64,000 nucleotides of DNA from Sporopachydermia quercuum (lineage: Eukaryota). A program made the translations under genes and the position numbers. Position 1 is the stretch's first letter; every line of letters begins with the position of its first letter. Below, piece by piece: positions 24,100 to 37,317 of the stretch. The DNA is taken from NCBI GenBank assembly GCA_001599295.1, contig BCGN01000007.1, positions 832,470 to 896,469 of the forward strand. Direction: 5' to 3'. Under the pieces are notes generated by a model. The model saw only the letters and a program-made list of their open reading frames with translations, did no database searches and was not told where the DNA came from.

Positions 24100-26769
24100 C
24101 GTAGATTATTAGTTAGTGGATNTAAAACTTGGGTATGTCTCTAGTGGTTCTGCTGGTATGTTATAATTGGTTGCTCAATACAAAGTAAAGATTGTTAGCA
24201 ATAGCAGTAAGCTTAAAGCTATTTGAACTGTTTGGTGATACTAAACACCACAGTTAAAGTAATGGACGTGGTTTCTGTTTCTGTTGTGAGAATGTTACTT
24301 CTAGATTCAGGTTTTGTTGTAATTTGATCCTGCTTGAGATGTCGAAAATATATCTTGCAGGGAAACGTGGGTGAGCCTGAGCCTGTGTCAAAATGCTTTT
24401 GAGCAATTAAACTAATAGAGCGTCTTAGATGAATATGAATAAAAGATATAGACCCTACTTTAATAAGTGTTGAAACCTCTAACAGAGAATGATAACCGAA
24501 GAATACTGTCTGATCCGCAGAGATATCAGAAAAATTGATAGAGAAAATAAGTAAAAGAAGAGAAGAAAGCTGGAAAGCTGGAAGGGCAAGGAACTATTGA
24601 TCAATTAGGTAAAAATATGGGTTTTCGATTAGGTAATCGCGAAGATTGTGAGTTTGGCTTCATGGGGTAGTCATAAATGGGAACTAAGTTGGCACTTTAA
24701 TCTTAAGTGTGACATGTACATACAAATGATGGTAGAATTAAGTTTGAGATTTCTTGTAGTTTCACATATCTTAACTCTAATCAGCCACCGTCATGGGATA
24801 GCAAAGATGATTGGAATATTGTCCGATTTATCAATAGATNTAGAATAGACTCCNCACTGAAATTATGGGAAAAAAAGCTGATTTTGATATCCAAATACGT
24901 TTTACCGGACAAATAATATATAATGGAACCCTCATTCCTTCTTATTGAATGAATATGGAAGCTTTTAACGATGAAGAAAAATCTGACCCCAGAAAGTGAA
25001 ATGGAGATAGATAACAGATCTAAGACAAAACAAAATAGAGACTATATATATATATATTCAACTGAGATGGAATTATTCGGAAGGTCTCTGAAATAACAGG
25101 CATTACAAAAGCAACAACAGATGACTGTAGGATCAAACTGAATAACTTCATAGGTTGAAATCTAATANAATGAGATATTGAGAAGACAGAGGTAAAGACG
25201 TGCCCATGAAGATGGAGCAAGCACTCTGACTGAAATGCTAGGGATCTTGGACGAACTTCTCATAATATTCTATGGATGATTTCCTTGGAAACATACTCAT
25301 TTTCAACCACTATATATATAACACATATTATAGATCCCATTCATCACAAGTTCTACTGATAATTACATGTGAATTGAGTTACTCATTCAATGCAGTGATA
25401 GATCAACCAGAGCTAACCCGTCAAAATGTGGCACTGTATGTCCTGAACAAGTTGTTGACTTGAGTCAAAATCTGAATTGGAAAATTAGGTTGAGAAATAA
25501 GCCCAGAACTTGGAACTTTAAAATGTTTTCTATTTTGACAATGTGATTTAGATTCGAACTAAATGAAAAAAGTGGTCTTATTTCTCAAGTTTCTAACTTT
25601 CTCTTCAAAGCTTATTGATATTTTTGGCAGTTACAGTGATGTTTTGGGAATGCTAAGTCTAATTAGCTAAACCTTATTATTACTAATATTGATTTCTCAT
25701 TTGTTTCATTCAATATGTTACTATAATTATTGTTTTTCAATGAGAGGAGGTATGAATAAAATAATTAGAAATTGAATAGGTATTCACACTTATTGTCGTA
25801 GTAGTTGGTGATTAAAAGCATGGAGTTAGTGCAATGTCCGTGGTTGAATTGCTGTCAAATTGTCTTGAGGTAGTAGATCTAGTAGAATTGGTAGGGATGA
25901 AATGAGAACTGGGGCATGACTTGAAACCAAGGTTCAACACAACAGCTTTCAGATAATATGTAGAACGGAAATCCCAATCTCAATACTGAGGAAAAAATTA
26001 AAGCTTACTAGACGCTACTGTGCGTTGAAAATAATTATTTTTATGCAAGTGAAAAGTTAGGATTGATTTGAATCTCTTATCCGTAGGAAATGCTGTCTTT
26101 TTGTCTGTTACCCAGCATTCTGATGGCAAACCTAATTGCCATGGCTCAATGCATTCTTTCCAAGTACCGAGTGAGATGATTATTTCATTGACACATTCGC
26201 GTTCACTTTTGTTCATATTTCGTGCTATTTTTCTTACAGATTCCATTCAAAACTTCCAGGAGCCACAGTCATCTCTTTCTTGATTGGGCGTAGCTCACTA
26301 TTCATTTGAACTTCGCTACATTCCTCATCCCAGTATAAGTTCTTTTTTCCTGTAGCATGGCACAATGACTTAACTTGCACGTTCGAAAGCCGCCTATGGA
26401 ACATCGCATTATCTCTCTATCTTTCTTATCTACTATTAAGCTTTTATGATTTAAAAGAGACTACCTCCTATTTGCATAAGTTTTAGTCTTTCTAGAACTA
26501 AATGTCCCTTTACCCATATCCTCTCATTATCCCGGAGATAATAACTTGTATAGTTTCCATAATATACACGTGATATATTANTACCCANTTAGTACAGATT
26601 TCTTATTCAAAGATGAACTTCTTTCATTTACTATACATATTATCCCTATCAATTGCTTACTTTCCTTAGCCATTAGCTAACTCTATCACTCCATCGTTGG
26701 AAATCTATCCTTTGCTGCATCAATTTCTATGGAAAATGATCTTGAAGTTGTTTAAGAACTAGCTAGTCA

Positions 26770-28239
26770 ATGTCAACAAAATTAGAAAAAGAACTGTTTG
26801 TATCAGGCCTAACTGGAGGCTCTGTAGAAGAGATCTACAAAGTAACATCAGTAGCCTTAGCTGGTTATTTACTATGGTCCTGGGCAAGATATATCGGAAT
26901 CAAGAGCAAGTCCAAGCTGGATCCAGTCAGTGAATTTCTACTTGATTTGTTTCTCAACTGGATAGCCTTGTTGCTATCTATCACACTATATGCTTCAGCT
27001 ACCTCCATAATATACATGTCATTTGTTCCGTTGATCATAATAATCTATCTTAGTTATCCAGCAAATACAGATGACAAATCAAAGAAAGAACCCAAGGAAT
27101 CGAAGCCAAGTAAATCTGCAGAATCTTCAAAATGGTCAAAAATATCAAGTAATACAAATGATTCATCGAACTTTAAACCTTTTCTTACTATCTACAGATC
27201 AGGTATGATGGTAGTAACCTGTATTGCCATCTTAGCAGTAGATTTCCCTATCTTCCCAAGAAGATTTGCCAAAGTTGAAACTTGGGGCACTTCTCTCATG
27301 GATCTTGGGGTAGGCTCTTTCGTCTTTTCTATGGGAATCGTATCTGCTAGAAGTTCACCCTGGTTCAATAAATCCTCTGCATCAACTGCTACTACTGAGG
27401 CTAGAACAAAATCATCTTTTGTCAATCAGTTGATAACATCACTTAAGTCTTCAGCTATTCTTTTAGCCCTAGGTGTTATAAGAGTGATTGTAGTTAAACT
27501 ACTGGATTATCAAGAACATGTGACAGAATATGGAGTTCACTGGAATTTCTTTATTACTCTTGGTTTGCTACCACCGTTTGTTACTGTTTTTACAAGATTG
27601 GTTCCTCCTTTCTTTACTGCAATTGCTGTGATAGTCGCTTATGAACTAGCATTAAATAACGTGGAATTACGGACATATATTCTAACTGCGGAAAGGGTTG
27701 ACCTTCTATCTGCTAATAGAGAAGGTATTTTATCATTTTTTGGCTATTTATCGTTGTTTTTGCTAGGTCAATCAACGGGGTTGATTGTATTGAGACCAGG
27801 AGTAACATATGGTATGATTATCACCCGATTGTTGAGTCTTGCGTTAGTGTTGGGTCTTATTTCCCAGTATGTCAGTAGCCACTATCAGTTTTCAGTATCA
27901 AGAAGATTAGCGAATATGCCCTACTGTCTAATGGTCGCCACATACAATGCTGTATTTCTATCTGGTTATGCCATAGTTGATTGGTTCTTTTTCCAAAGAA
28001 CTAGTTTTATGCTCCAGGAAGGATATAAAGCTGTTGTACCATATAGTTTAGAAGTAGTCAATAGAAACAGTATAGTAGTGTTTCTACTGGCTAATATTTC
28101 TACTGGGTTAGTTAATACTTTTATTGATACGTTGAATGCAACTAACGGGCAAGCTTTAGTTGTATTGATGATATACCTGGGTGTAATTTATTTAGCTGCT
28201 CATTTGCTGTATGTTAATGATGTGAGAGTTAAAATATAG
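26770..28239 (+). CDS. GWT1: GPI inositol acyltransferase Gwt1 (PIG-W)
   Basis: KELFVSGLTGGS, AILAVDFPIFPRRFAKVETWGTSLMDLGVGSFVFS, YQEHVTEYGVHWNFFITL, VSRRLANMPY. Confidence 0.97.
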   Translation: MSTKLEKELFVSGLTGGSVEEIYKVTSVALAGYLLWSWARYIGIKSKSKLDPVSEFLLDLFLNWIALLLSITLYASATSIIYMSFVPLIIIIYLSYPANTDDKSKKEPKESKPSKSAESSKWSKISSNTNDSSNFKPFLTIYRSGMMVVTCIAILAVDFPIFPRRFAKVETWGTSLMDLGVGSFVFSMGIVSARSSPWFNKSSASTATTEARTKSSFVNQLITSLKSSAILLALGVIRVIVVKLLDYQEHVTEYGVHWNFFITLGLLPPFVTVFTRLVPPFFTAIAVIVAYELALNNVELRTYILTAERVDLLSANREGILSFFGYLSLFLLGQSTGLIVLRPGVTYGMIITRLLSLALVLGLISQYVSSHYQFSVSRRLANMPYCLMVATYNAVFLSGYAIVDWFFFQRTSFMLQEGYKAVVPYSLEVVNRNSIVVFLLANISTGLVNTFIDTLNATNGQALVVLMIYLGVIYLAAHLLYVNDVRVKI

Positions 28240-29070
28240 AAAGAGGAATAGAAGAAATAGAAGACAGTGTGATGTCTAGGTGAAGCTACCAGTTCTTAGA
28301 GAAAGCATTTAAAAAAGATCTATTATGCATTGATTCAAGGAGAATCTTTATGGTTATATGGTGGGACAAAAAAAGAGGCATTACTGCAATGACATCAGAT
28401 TTAACTAATAGTTGTAATTCATTCAAGTGAGATGAGAAAATACTGAATTGCATGGTAAAAAATACCAGATTGTTCTATTTTCTTTTCGTTAGTCTCTAAC
28501 AGATGTCTATTCATTTCTCTGGTTATCTTCCTTTGAATACTACAAACATACGGAACAATTGATTATCATGCAGTCCGATTCTTCCGGGATCAAATACTGG
28601 ACGCAAAATATCTTTTTGGCGTTGATGGTCACTGGGAAATGAATGAGATGAAAAGTATATAGTAAGCTATGATTATTTACCTGGTTATCAATAATGACAA
28701 TTCTTTATGATTCTCACCTTTTTGGAACAATTAGATAAAAGATTTCCTTTAATGCTGATCCGGAAATTTCACCAGAGAGCAATTACTTGATATCCGCAAG
28801 TGAACCTATGATTTCCATGAATTCAAGCAATTGTAAGAAAGTTGTTAGCTTCCAAGCTACTGAAATAAAATATATATACAAATTCATTTACATTATTTAT
28901 TCTCAAATTGATTGGCATCTTGCGTCTTCAGTTAACTCCCTCTTGGTCTAACTAGGTATCTCTAAATAAACCGGACCTCAAAACACATACACAGAGAATC
29001 CGGCTGCCGGATCATTATCTAAATGTCAATATCCGAGTCTGGTGACCGTGTCATTCGAAATTTGTAACTG

Positions 29071-29157
29071 TCGGCAATAGTTTAGTGGCTAGAATTTCCG
29101 CCTGTCAGAACGATGTTCAGCGCGCGGGGGACCGGGGTTCAATTCCCCGTTGCCGAG
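29071..29157 (+). tRNA. tRNA-Asp(GTC) with 15-nt intron (29108-29122)
   Basis: Acceptor stem TCGGCAA/TTGCCGA, D arm GTTT..GAAT, anticodon stem TCCGC/GCGGG with CT-GTC-A (anticodon 29104-29106), T arm CGGGG TTCAATT CCCCG, discriminator G, then an oligo-T Pol III terminator. Confidence 0.95.
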
Positions 29158-29570
29158 TTTTTTACTTCCTACTTTTTCTTTTTATTGTTTTATTTTTATT
29201 AATGTTCCCTTTTATTTAAAAGGATGAAGCAAAGAATAAGTACATGGAGATTGTTATTGATTGTTATTTATAGTAATAATAATTAATTTGTCATATATAT
29301 TGTTTCCTTATTTTGTTGGCTACAGTAACATATATTCTATATAGGTAGTATGCTTCCTGTACAGCAGTGTTCAGAACCGATTGATGTCAACCTCTTTTCT
29401 ACCCAGTATAATATTAGACAGAATCTCACTACCATGTCGTAGAAATCTCTCGAAAACTATGAAATATCGCCCCAAGATAATGAATGATATAACTGATCAT
29501 ATATATTGACCTAGTTCTTAGAGTATTCCATTGCATTATTTTAATACGGACAAAGATATCAATTGTTTCT

Positions 29571-32500
29571 TTATATCAACACCAGCTTTGCCTTTCGCTT
29601 ACCAGTCACAATATCCTTTATACTTTCAACTCTTACGTGTACTTTATCAAATACAGAAACATCTCTTCTCTCTCTCTTTCCGTCCTCGTCATTTCTATCA
29701 AACATTAATGTAAACTCATCTTCATTGAACTCAACATTCTCGCCAATTTCTTCAATTCTAATCAATCCTTCAACACCAAACTTAGGAACTAGTACTACCA
29801 TACCATTGCTGAATACTTTAATAACAAATCCTTCATTCTCACTCACNTGCTGTTTCATAACTTGTCCAACATAATACTCAATACTTGCTCTACCAGCAAA
29901 CTGAGCATTTCTATGCCTTTTGTTGATATTACTAGTAATATTATCCATTAGATTCTTATCCCTATGGGAAATGTCTAACTGCTCATAGTCAATAGCTGCT
30001 GCTAATTGTCTATGAGCAACAACATCAGCATATCTACGAATTGGTGATGTGAAATGGGTATAAATATCAACGGCAAGACCATAATGACGGAATTCGCTGA
30101 ATGAGAAGTTCCCTGCTGCAAAATACTCAGCTGCCATCATACATCTAGTACTCATAATACGCACTAATGTGTTGAAATAAGGCTCATTCTTATCAATACA
30201 AGCATCCAATGAACTAGCTAATGCTTTGGAAGACTCTAATGATATATGCATGTTTTTCCTTACTTGCAACTGCTTGTTTAACATCTCAAAGTTTACTGCG
30301 GGTGGAGCTGCATGTCTTCGTAGCATTGCAGTTTGAGGAAAGGCTTCATATATCTTATATGCGACAGATATATTGGCAAGCAGCATGAATTCTTCAACCA
30401 ATGAATTTGTAGCTAATAGTTTCTTGATTTCAACTTCTGATGGGTCGGCTGTTTCACTATCCATGTATACTTTAACCTCAGGCGAAGCCAGATTCAAAGC
30501 TCCAGCATCCAAACGTTTCTGCTTTAACAGCTTTGAAAGTTTCAGCAGAATTCTCATAGATTTTGTCAAATCGCTATTATCACTAGCATCGTCAATTTTA
30601 TTTTGAGCCTGTTCATAAGAGAAAGCAGCTCTTGATTGAATGATAGACTTGGTAAAGTCAACAGAAATGATTTCTGCATTTTCATCCAATGTCCATATTA
30701 CAGAAAAGGCATAACGATCAACATATGGTTTCAAGGAACATAGATCAGTGCCAAGCATCATTGGAAGCATATCAATACGTCTATCAACTAAGTAAACAGA
30801 GGTACCTCTTGACGCACCTTCCTCATCTAGTGGCGTACCTGGCTTAACGAAATGTGTAACGTCAGCGATATGAACACCAATTTCATAATTACCGTTAGGT
30901 AATTCAACAGCATGGAGAGCATCATCAATATCCACACATCCAGGTGGATCAATACTGCAAACTAAACGGTCACGCAGGTCCCTTCGTTTAGGTAGCAAAG
31001 AATCCTTTTGCGCCGCTGCTGTGAGATCCTCAGGCACTTTCCAGTCATGGCCTTCAGCAGGCAAGCATTTCAGCACCTTAGAAGAGAAAGGACGATACTC
31101 TATATCGTGCTCCAGTAAAAGCGCTTCTGTTTCAGCTTCTTCTGACTCAATGGCCCCTAAAGCGCGAGCGAAATGACCCTCAGGATGTTTGGAAGTAGCA
31201 GGCCAGTCATCAACAGCTACAACTATACGCTGTCCCAATAGTTCTTTTGCCCTACGAGTTCTAATGCGAATATGAGGTAGAGATCGATCCATAGGCATGA
31301 AGAAGACAGATTTGGGAGCGTTTCCAGATACACCAGTAACAGACTGAGGAACAATTTGACCAACATAAAATCTCCAGTTGCGTTTTAATACTCCTACTAC
31401 TTTAGCAGTTGGGGTAGGAGAAGCAGTGGAAATAATATTGCTCCCATTGTTGTCATCAGTCAGACTGTCATCATCTAGATTATCATCTTCAGTTAAAGAC
31501 TTCGTAATATTATCTTCTTCTCGAATAATCTTTTCAGATGGTTGCCTCCATTGATCTTCAGGTAGTAGTTCAACGACTACTTGATCGCCATTGAAAGCTC
31601 TGTTCATATTCTCTCTACCTAAGATAAGCAGAGGTTTAGGGTAATTAGGACTTGAAACTGTAGCCTCTAAGTAGTTGTACGTGCTGACAGAAAGATTTCC
31701 CTTGAAAAGAGTTTTGGAATCAATTCCAGCTCTAATTCTGCCTTCTTCGTAATAATCCTGGTAAAACTTTTGGCTAGTTGGTTGAGCCTTTTTGGCTAAC
31801 GTGCTGTGTTCACTACTATTCAAACTAACATCTTCCTCTTCGTCTTTCTGAGCTTCTGATGGCAATAGATCCCATAGCTCTTCACCGTTAGGTAACAGAG
31901 ATAGGTATTTGTATAAAGAATAGGACTTTATACCATCAGCAGACGCTTTAGCTCTACAGTCTCTGTCATTAGATATGAATACAATCTCAGGGGCAGTACC
32001 ATCAGAAGTGTTTGCCGCCAAGTGACTAGTATACCACTGACAACACTTATAAATAGCTCTATCATTTCTATCGTTAATACTTTCTCCTTTTCTTCGCTGC
32101 TCGTATGTATCATATCTAAATTCATTATGAAAGACATAAAATCTCTTTATGTCATTAGAACCAGTAGTTAAAGCTCGAAGCCTGGTATAAACAGGAATTG
32201 ATTTATTTCTCACTTCTTCCAGCACTGTCTGAGTAACAATTACATCATAGAACACTTTCTCGCTTTCTAGGAGATCCATAGCTATTAATGCAACATTGGT
32301 ATCAATTAACAGATAATGAGGCTTATTGCTCACAGCATTCACCCTGATGGGGTCATCTGATAGAACAGGCGCCTTAAATGTACCTGTTGAGTCCAAAGGT
32401 GGATTCTCGTAGCATTTCACGCATTTTTGACTGCCGCACAAAATATCATCTCGTAGATAATGTTCTCTGACTACTTTTGTTGCTTTACCATTTCTTGATC

Positions 32501-32573
32501 TGACAAATACCTTTTGAGTTACAGTTCTATCTTTCAAGCCAAATCTCGGACTTGGATCAACAACAGCCTCCAT
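29571..32573 (-). CDS. DIS3: Exosome catalytic subunit Dis3/Rrp44
   Basis: [21 protein letters not shown] (CR3), [42 protein letters not shown]; start placed at MEAVVD (32573). Confidence 0.97.
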   Translation of the reverse strand: MEAVVDPSPRFGLKDRTVTQKVFVRSRNGKATKVVREHYLRDDILCGSQKCVKCYENPPLDSTGTFKAPVLSDDPIRVNAVSNKPHYLLIDTNVALIAMDLLESEKVFYDVIVTQTVLEEVRNKSIPVYTRLRALTTGSNDIKRFYVFHNEFRYDTYEQRRKGESINDRNDRAIYKCCQWYTSHLAANTSDGTAPEIVFISNDRDCRAKASADGIKSYSLYKYLSLLPNGEELWDLLPSEAQKDEEEDVSLNSSEHSTLAKKAQPTSQKFYQDYYEEGRIRAGIDSKTLFKGNLSVSTYNYLEATVSSPNYPKPLLILGRENMNRAFNGDQVVVELLPEDQWRQPSEKIIREEDNITKSLTEDDNLDDDSLTDDNNGSNIISTASPTPTAKVVGVLKRNWRFYVGQIVPQSVTGVSGNAPKSVFFMPMDRSLPHIRIRTRRAKELLGQRIVVAVDDWPATSKHPEGHFARALGAIESEEAETEALLLEHDIEYRPFSSKVLKCLPAEGHDWKVPEDLTAAAQKDSLLPKRRDLRDRLVCSIDPPGCVDIDDALHAVELPNGNYEIGVHIADVTHFVKPGTPLDEEGASRGTSVYLVDRRIDMLPMMLGTDLCSLKPYVDRYAFSVIWTLDENAEIISVDFTKSIIQSRAAFSYEQAQNKIDDASDNSDLTKSMRILLKLSKLLKQKRLDAGALNLASPEVKVYMDSETADPSEVEIKKLLATNSLVEEFMLLANISVAYKIYEAFPQTAMLRRHAAPPAVNFEMLNKQLQVRKNMHISLESSKALASSLDACIDKNEPYFNTLVRIMSTRCMMAAEYFAAGNFSFSEFRHYGLAVDIYTHFTSPIRRYADVVAHRQLAAAIDYEQLDISHRDKNLMDNITSNINKRHRNAQFAGRASIEYYVGQVMKQXVSENEGFVIKVFSNGMVVLVPKFGVEGLIRIEEIGENVEFNEDEFTLMFDRNDEDGKRERRDVSVFDKVHVRVESIKDIVTGKRKAKLVLI

Positions 32574-33538
32574 TTTAATACCGAAACTCAAGGGTATTTT
32601 ATGCATGGTATACTTCCTATGAAAAATAGTGTAATGCAATTGCAGTTCCGATAGATTTCTATAAAAATATGCTGAATACTGTAGAAACAGCAGAAAGAAT
32701 TATGTTAGTTTTTACACAGGAAGAAATATTNTGTTAACCTAGTATCGGCAAAACTTTCGGAAAAGATAAAAAACCTTGAAATGTGAGAAGGAAATAAATA
32801 CACCTAAACACCGGAGATGATGATTGTAATGAGATGTAAAGAATTGGCTGAGTTATCTGAACCGGCTCGTTTGACCCGGCTATTGGATAGAGGATCGGAT
32901 CATAGGGAACTAATTAATAGGTGATAGGTGATAAGGTGAAATAAGGTAGGATTGTATCGGTATAATAGTAAAACCCTTTAGGATTTATAATTAAATAGCT
33001 GATGTTTGGAATATGAAGATGTTTTGAAGGTTATTATTACTGTTTTGTTCACTTATTTATGCTGATAGTTCTGAGTGATCTTTGAGTGAACAGGGGCTAC
33101 AGGGAAAAGACTTATTGCTTTTGTTATGATCAGGTAAATGATCTATTGAGTTCTGCCAATAAATTAGGCAATTGCTGAAAAATCTGGAAACTTGATTTAG
33201 GCAGTTGAAGGAAAAGGAAATATTTCTCAATTTTTTTCTTTCTTGGCAGCTTCAATCTTAGTATATTGATTGAAATGCCGTTATAGATTCAAAGCCAGTC
33301 ACAGCTACAGTACCTCTCACCGACCGTAGTCATCAGAAACAAGCAGAGTCAGCAAAACTAATAACGGATGATCTTGAAGTTGAAAAAGAGAATAAGTCAA
33401 ATACCACAGAAGTCTACTTCTATTTTTTTAAACTATCCCGATTATGTTCGTTAAATATACGTCTACGTATTTCTCTATAATGCATTCAATAGCCAGTTAG
33501 CTTCAGTCCTATCTATTTATCCACATTAAAGATATCCA

Positions 33539-35950
33539 TTACTTTCCAAAAACTGTCAGTTCCAGCAACTTCAATTGTTCAAACGCTATAGAAAACACAT
33601 TCTGTTCACCATTATCAGAATTAACTTTGCTACCGATTATCCATTTATAATTATCAAACATCTCCTTGAATATCTCCCATTCATAAACCTCTTTGTTCTT
33701 TTTGTCTCTGCCTTTCCAGTACATTATAACAGAAAATGATCCTATTATGACAATACNATACACACAGAAGTTCACCCATAGTTCTTCTTTATCCCTCATA
33801 TCAGCGATGAATTCAACTGCATCCTCGAATATTTCTTTCTCTCTATTTATGATCTCTTCATCGGGTTCATCGAGCAGTCTATACGCAGCAATCTTCGCAC
33901 AATATGCACATAACTTAACTAGCACAGTTGTTCTCTTGCTCTCATCAATTCTACTGATCGTATCATTAACAAAGGTTTCAAGGCCAGTCTCTTTCTTTTC
34001 AGCTCTTTCTCTCATTGCTTTGAATGAATATTTACCCAGGACATCTTTCAGTATATGAGTTAGCTCTANAAGCTCTAGAAAGCCAGTACGACCTAACTTT
34101 TCATCTTCTGTATCGTCATCAGGGAAATCTTTTGGATCTAACGTTTCTATCAACCAGTTATTACTAGTAATTCTGGGAGAACGTCCTAATGATAACGCCA
34201 ACCAGTTATCCTGTATATATACCCACCAAGCTAGGCGTCTCCTTAATGATTTCTCCCATGAAGGTAAATACCATTGTTCACAAGGTAACCCTAAGCCCAG
34301 CTCTTCAGCAGCTGCTAAAACTTGAGCAAATAGTACCCAGTTTCCCTGATTTATCGGTTTGCATTGAAGTAGAAGTAATCCTGCTTGAACCGTTGAAAGT
34401 TTAGGCTTATGAGACGATTGGACGAAACTTTTGTATGCTAAAGATGTTAATCTCAATTCAATATCCGGTGATAGTTTTGTTTTCATTGGGTTACTTGTTT
34501 GGTTGATTGCTGAAAAGCCTAATGAGTACACTGCTGCTAGTAGACTCGGCGAAAACTCTCTAACGGTTCTGTCGTATTTCTCATGAAATATTGATTTGTG
34601 AAGTATAGGTATCGTCGGATGAATATATTCAAAGTAAGCATTAATAAGATCTCTGCCATATGGAGTCACCAGCTTTTCAATCTCGTCGCATTTATGAATT
34701 GTTTGTTTGAATATTTCGTTAGAAAAATCCGTCTCCAATGAGAAATAGACAGAGGGGGTAAGTTTTCTAATTGATATATCAGATGTGGTGTTGATTATAC
34801 GTGAATTATCATAAAATTCAAATATTCTGGGATCCAATATTGATGTTGGACCTATGTAGAAAGACGATCTAGGATATTGTAGAGACAGTGTTTCTTTCAA
34901 TAATGAAGTAGGGAATTGTTTGCTAGAAGGAATAGAGGTACTAGTTGTTGTAGTATTATTAGGACTTGTACCGCTAGCGCTACTATTATTATTCACACCG
35001 TTTGAGTTATTTAAACTGTTCTCAGTGGTATACCCATGTGTATAACCAAGAGAACTATTTGGCGACGTTTCACTCAGTTCAAAGCTGCAATCAACACCTC
35101 TTGAAATGCAAGTCATACATTTGACTGATGTGGGTGAAATAAGACATTTGGATCTTCTTTTCTGGCATTGCTCGCAAGGCTTGATTCTTCTATGAGTAGT
35201 TTTCTTTCTTTCATGTTCTTTAGTAGTAGTATTGATACTGTTATCTTTGTTGCTGACATCCCTGTCCTTGCCAAAAGTATTGTTCATAACTCTTTCCACG
35301 TCCTTGTTGATATCATCGTCATAATCATCTCTTTCTCGTTTACTCCTTTTTCTCAAATCCATAAAAGAAAAATTCTCTGGTGATAATGGCGAGGGAGAAG
35401 TCATCATTTGTCCATTTGGTGAAGATCCTGCCATAAAAGGACCAAACTGAGTATTGGCTATACCATTAGGACTATTATTCAGTAGTAAAGCACTTGGGTA
35501 GTACATTTGGCTCATTTGTTGTTGAACAGAGGAAGGCACCGGCACATTCAATTGATTTATTTGATGATTTGACCTATTTGGATCNTATTCGACATAAGGA
35601 CTATTTGGAATGAACATAGAACTTGATTCCAATGATTCAAACTGAAATAGATCTGGAGGTGAAGTCACATTAGGATAACTAGGTGGTAATGGTTGANCTT
35701 GGCCCTGACCTTGACTTTGAGAGAAACTTGGAACTTTTGGTGCTTCTTGATTTGAATGGTAAAACGGACTTGTTGACTCTGAATATGACCCAATATGTGC
35801 CTGTTGGTTTATACTGGCAGGTAATCCAGGATGATTGATGTTACTACTACTGCTGCCTCGATCATTAACATCAGAAGAACCAGAGTAATTGTTATCGAAA
35901 TTAAAATCCGTGACTACATTTTTGAATGTAGGATCATTTGTAAAATCCAT
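33539..35950 (-). CDS. DAL81: Zn(II)2Cys6 transcription factor with fungal TF middle domain, Dal81/TamA-like
   Basis: PCEQCQKRRSKC...KCMTCISRGVDCSF; LLKETLSLQYPRSSFYIGPTS; KPKLSTVQAGLLLLQC; WEKSLRRRLAW. Confidence 0.75.
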   Translation of the reverse strand: MDFTNDPTFKNVVTDFNFDNNYSGSSDVNDRGSSSSNINHPGLPASINQQAHIGSYSESTSPFYHSNQEAPKVPSFSQSQGQGQXQPLPPSYPNVTSPPDLFQFESLESSSMFIPNSPYVEXDPNRSNHQINQLNVPVPSSVQQQMSQMYYPSALLLNNSPNGIANTQFGPFMAGSSPNGQMMTSPSPLSPENFSFMDLRKRSKRERDDYDDDINKDVERVMNNTFGKDRDVSNKDNSINTTTKEHERKKTTHRRIKPCEQCQKRRSKCLISPTSVKCMTCISRGVDCSFELSETSPNSSLGYTHGYTTENSLNNSNGVNNNSSASGTSPNNTTTTSTSIPSSKQFPTSLLKETLSLQYPRSSFYIGPTSILDPRIFEFYDNSRIINTTSDISIRKLTPSVYFSLETDFSNEIFKQTIHKCDEIEKLVTPYGRDLINAYFEYIHPTIPILHKSIFHEKYDRTVREFSPSLLAAVYSLGFSAINQTSNPMKTKLSPDIELRLTSLAYKSFVQSSHKPKLSTVQAGLLLLQCKPINQGNWVLFAQVLAAAEELGLGLPCEQWYLPSWEKSLRRRLAWWVYIQDNWLALSLGRSPRITSNNWLIETLDPKDFPDDDTEDEKLGRTGFLELXELTHILKDVLGKYSFKAMRERAEKKETGLETFVNDTISRIDESKRTTVLVKLCAYCAKIAAYRLLDEPDEEIINREKEIFEDAVEFIADMRDKEELWVNFCVYXIVIIGSFSVIMYWKGRDKKNKEVYEWEIFKEMFDNYKWIIGSKVNSDNGEQNVFSIAFEQLKLLELTVFGK

Positions 35951-37073
35951 TCTTCAGAAATTAAGTTGTTTTGATGAGTTTCTAGGTGTTCTGATAAATG
36001 GTTATGGGGCATGTCATANGTATGAAGATCTGAGAAGTAGATGCTAGAGGTACCAGTAGATATATGCCATAGATAAGACCATTAAACTGACATTTTGCTA
36101 CGTACATTCCAAGCTGATATGGCCAAAAGAATATACTTCGACTCAATTGACATAATTAAAGAGACTTATTCTTGTACAATATATGGTAGAATAGTTAAGA
36201 AAGNAGAGTATTTGTCTTATTATGTTTTTCTCCCATTTTTCACTATCTATCGTTGAGGATGCTTCATGCAAATGGATGCAATATTTATGTAATATTTGAG
36301 ATAAGGTTAACAGATTCTCCTGATTGATCAAGAAGCAAGTGAGTGACTCCTGAGAAGTAAAAACAAAGAATAAAGAACAAAGTCACATGTTTTAATTATT
36401 AGATATTGAATTTTAGAATAATGGCTTCTAAAATGAAATAGGTTTTATGTATACATACCTACTGTAGGTGGAAAAGAAAGTGAGAAATAGTGGGTGAGAT
36501 TATAGATTGATAAGAAATGGTTTTAGCATAATCATGCATGCAAACTTAAAACCTTTTTTGTAAATTTCGGAAAATATACGAGAAATGGGTTAAGAAGGAA
36601 GATATTATGAGACTCTGAGGAGCCGTTTTAGTTATTGGCTTTTTATTAGTGTGAATTTATGCTGATTATACTTATAGATTTAAAGAGCAGATATTCTAAT
36701 AGTACTATATAAATTTCATGCTAATCACTCACTATCTTGTATTATCTCGCAATCACAAGCTCCAAATTACGGAGATGATGGGAACTTGTTTCTTCANAGG
36801 ATGTAGTTCACCTTCCTAATCAGGAAATTTATAATATTCAAATGATTGAGTTCATTTCAGAGTTTAATAAATCACAATACATTTCGCTAGTAAGATAGTG
36901 GTAAAGTACCTTTTAACTAGACACAAAAAANTGTTATCAAAAAAATCACTACTCTAATTCCCTTACTACCTAATCTGTCCTAAATTTCTCTACATTTCCT
37001 TATCTTCTGACCATATCTTTGTCCCTCAAATGATTCCCAGATTCTATGCTAATCTTGCAACTTCCCCCACCAC

Positions 37074-37113
37074 CTAATGTTAGTCACGTGGTATATCACG
37101 TGACTAACATTAG
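37074..37113. promoter_or_regulatory. Perfect 17-bp inverted repeat with two RTCACGTG boxes
   Basis: CTAATGTTAGTCACGTG-gtatat-CACGTGACTAACATTAG, about 200 bp upstream of the UBP6 ATG. Confidence 0.75.
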
Positions 37114-37317
37114 CCACATTTTTTCTACTCCCATAAACTTATTGTGTTTACTACATCGCTATCGCCACTTCATCAAAACAATAATCATTGTCTTAAATAT
37201 CAGATCAATTCCAACGTGAACAATAACTTTTTAAACCTATCATTGTATTATTTACCTACCATACGTTTACTAACAGAAACGACATTTATTTTCATTTTGT
37301 TGTATATTCTAATCACG

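Noticed and set aside
24150..24723. Possible minus-strand 5' UTR intron of SREBP (GTATGT 24723, TGCTAAC 24200)
   Set aside because: Nearest YAG acceptor is about 40 nt from the branch point, unlike the genuine introns here.
32810..32875. ATGATGA..CTGA..CTGA flanked by CCGG, snoRNA-like
   Set aside because: Very short, no recognisable guide, and lies in the DIS3 promoter.
37144..37317. Upstream in-frame extension of UBP6 and TACTAAC at 37268
   Set aside because: The extension starts at a non-ATG codon and looks like UTR; no convincing donor upstream, and MSKIPV already begins the Ubl domain.
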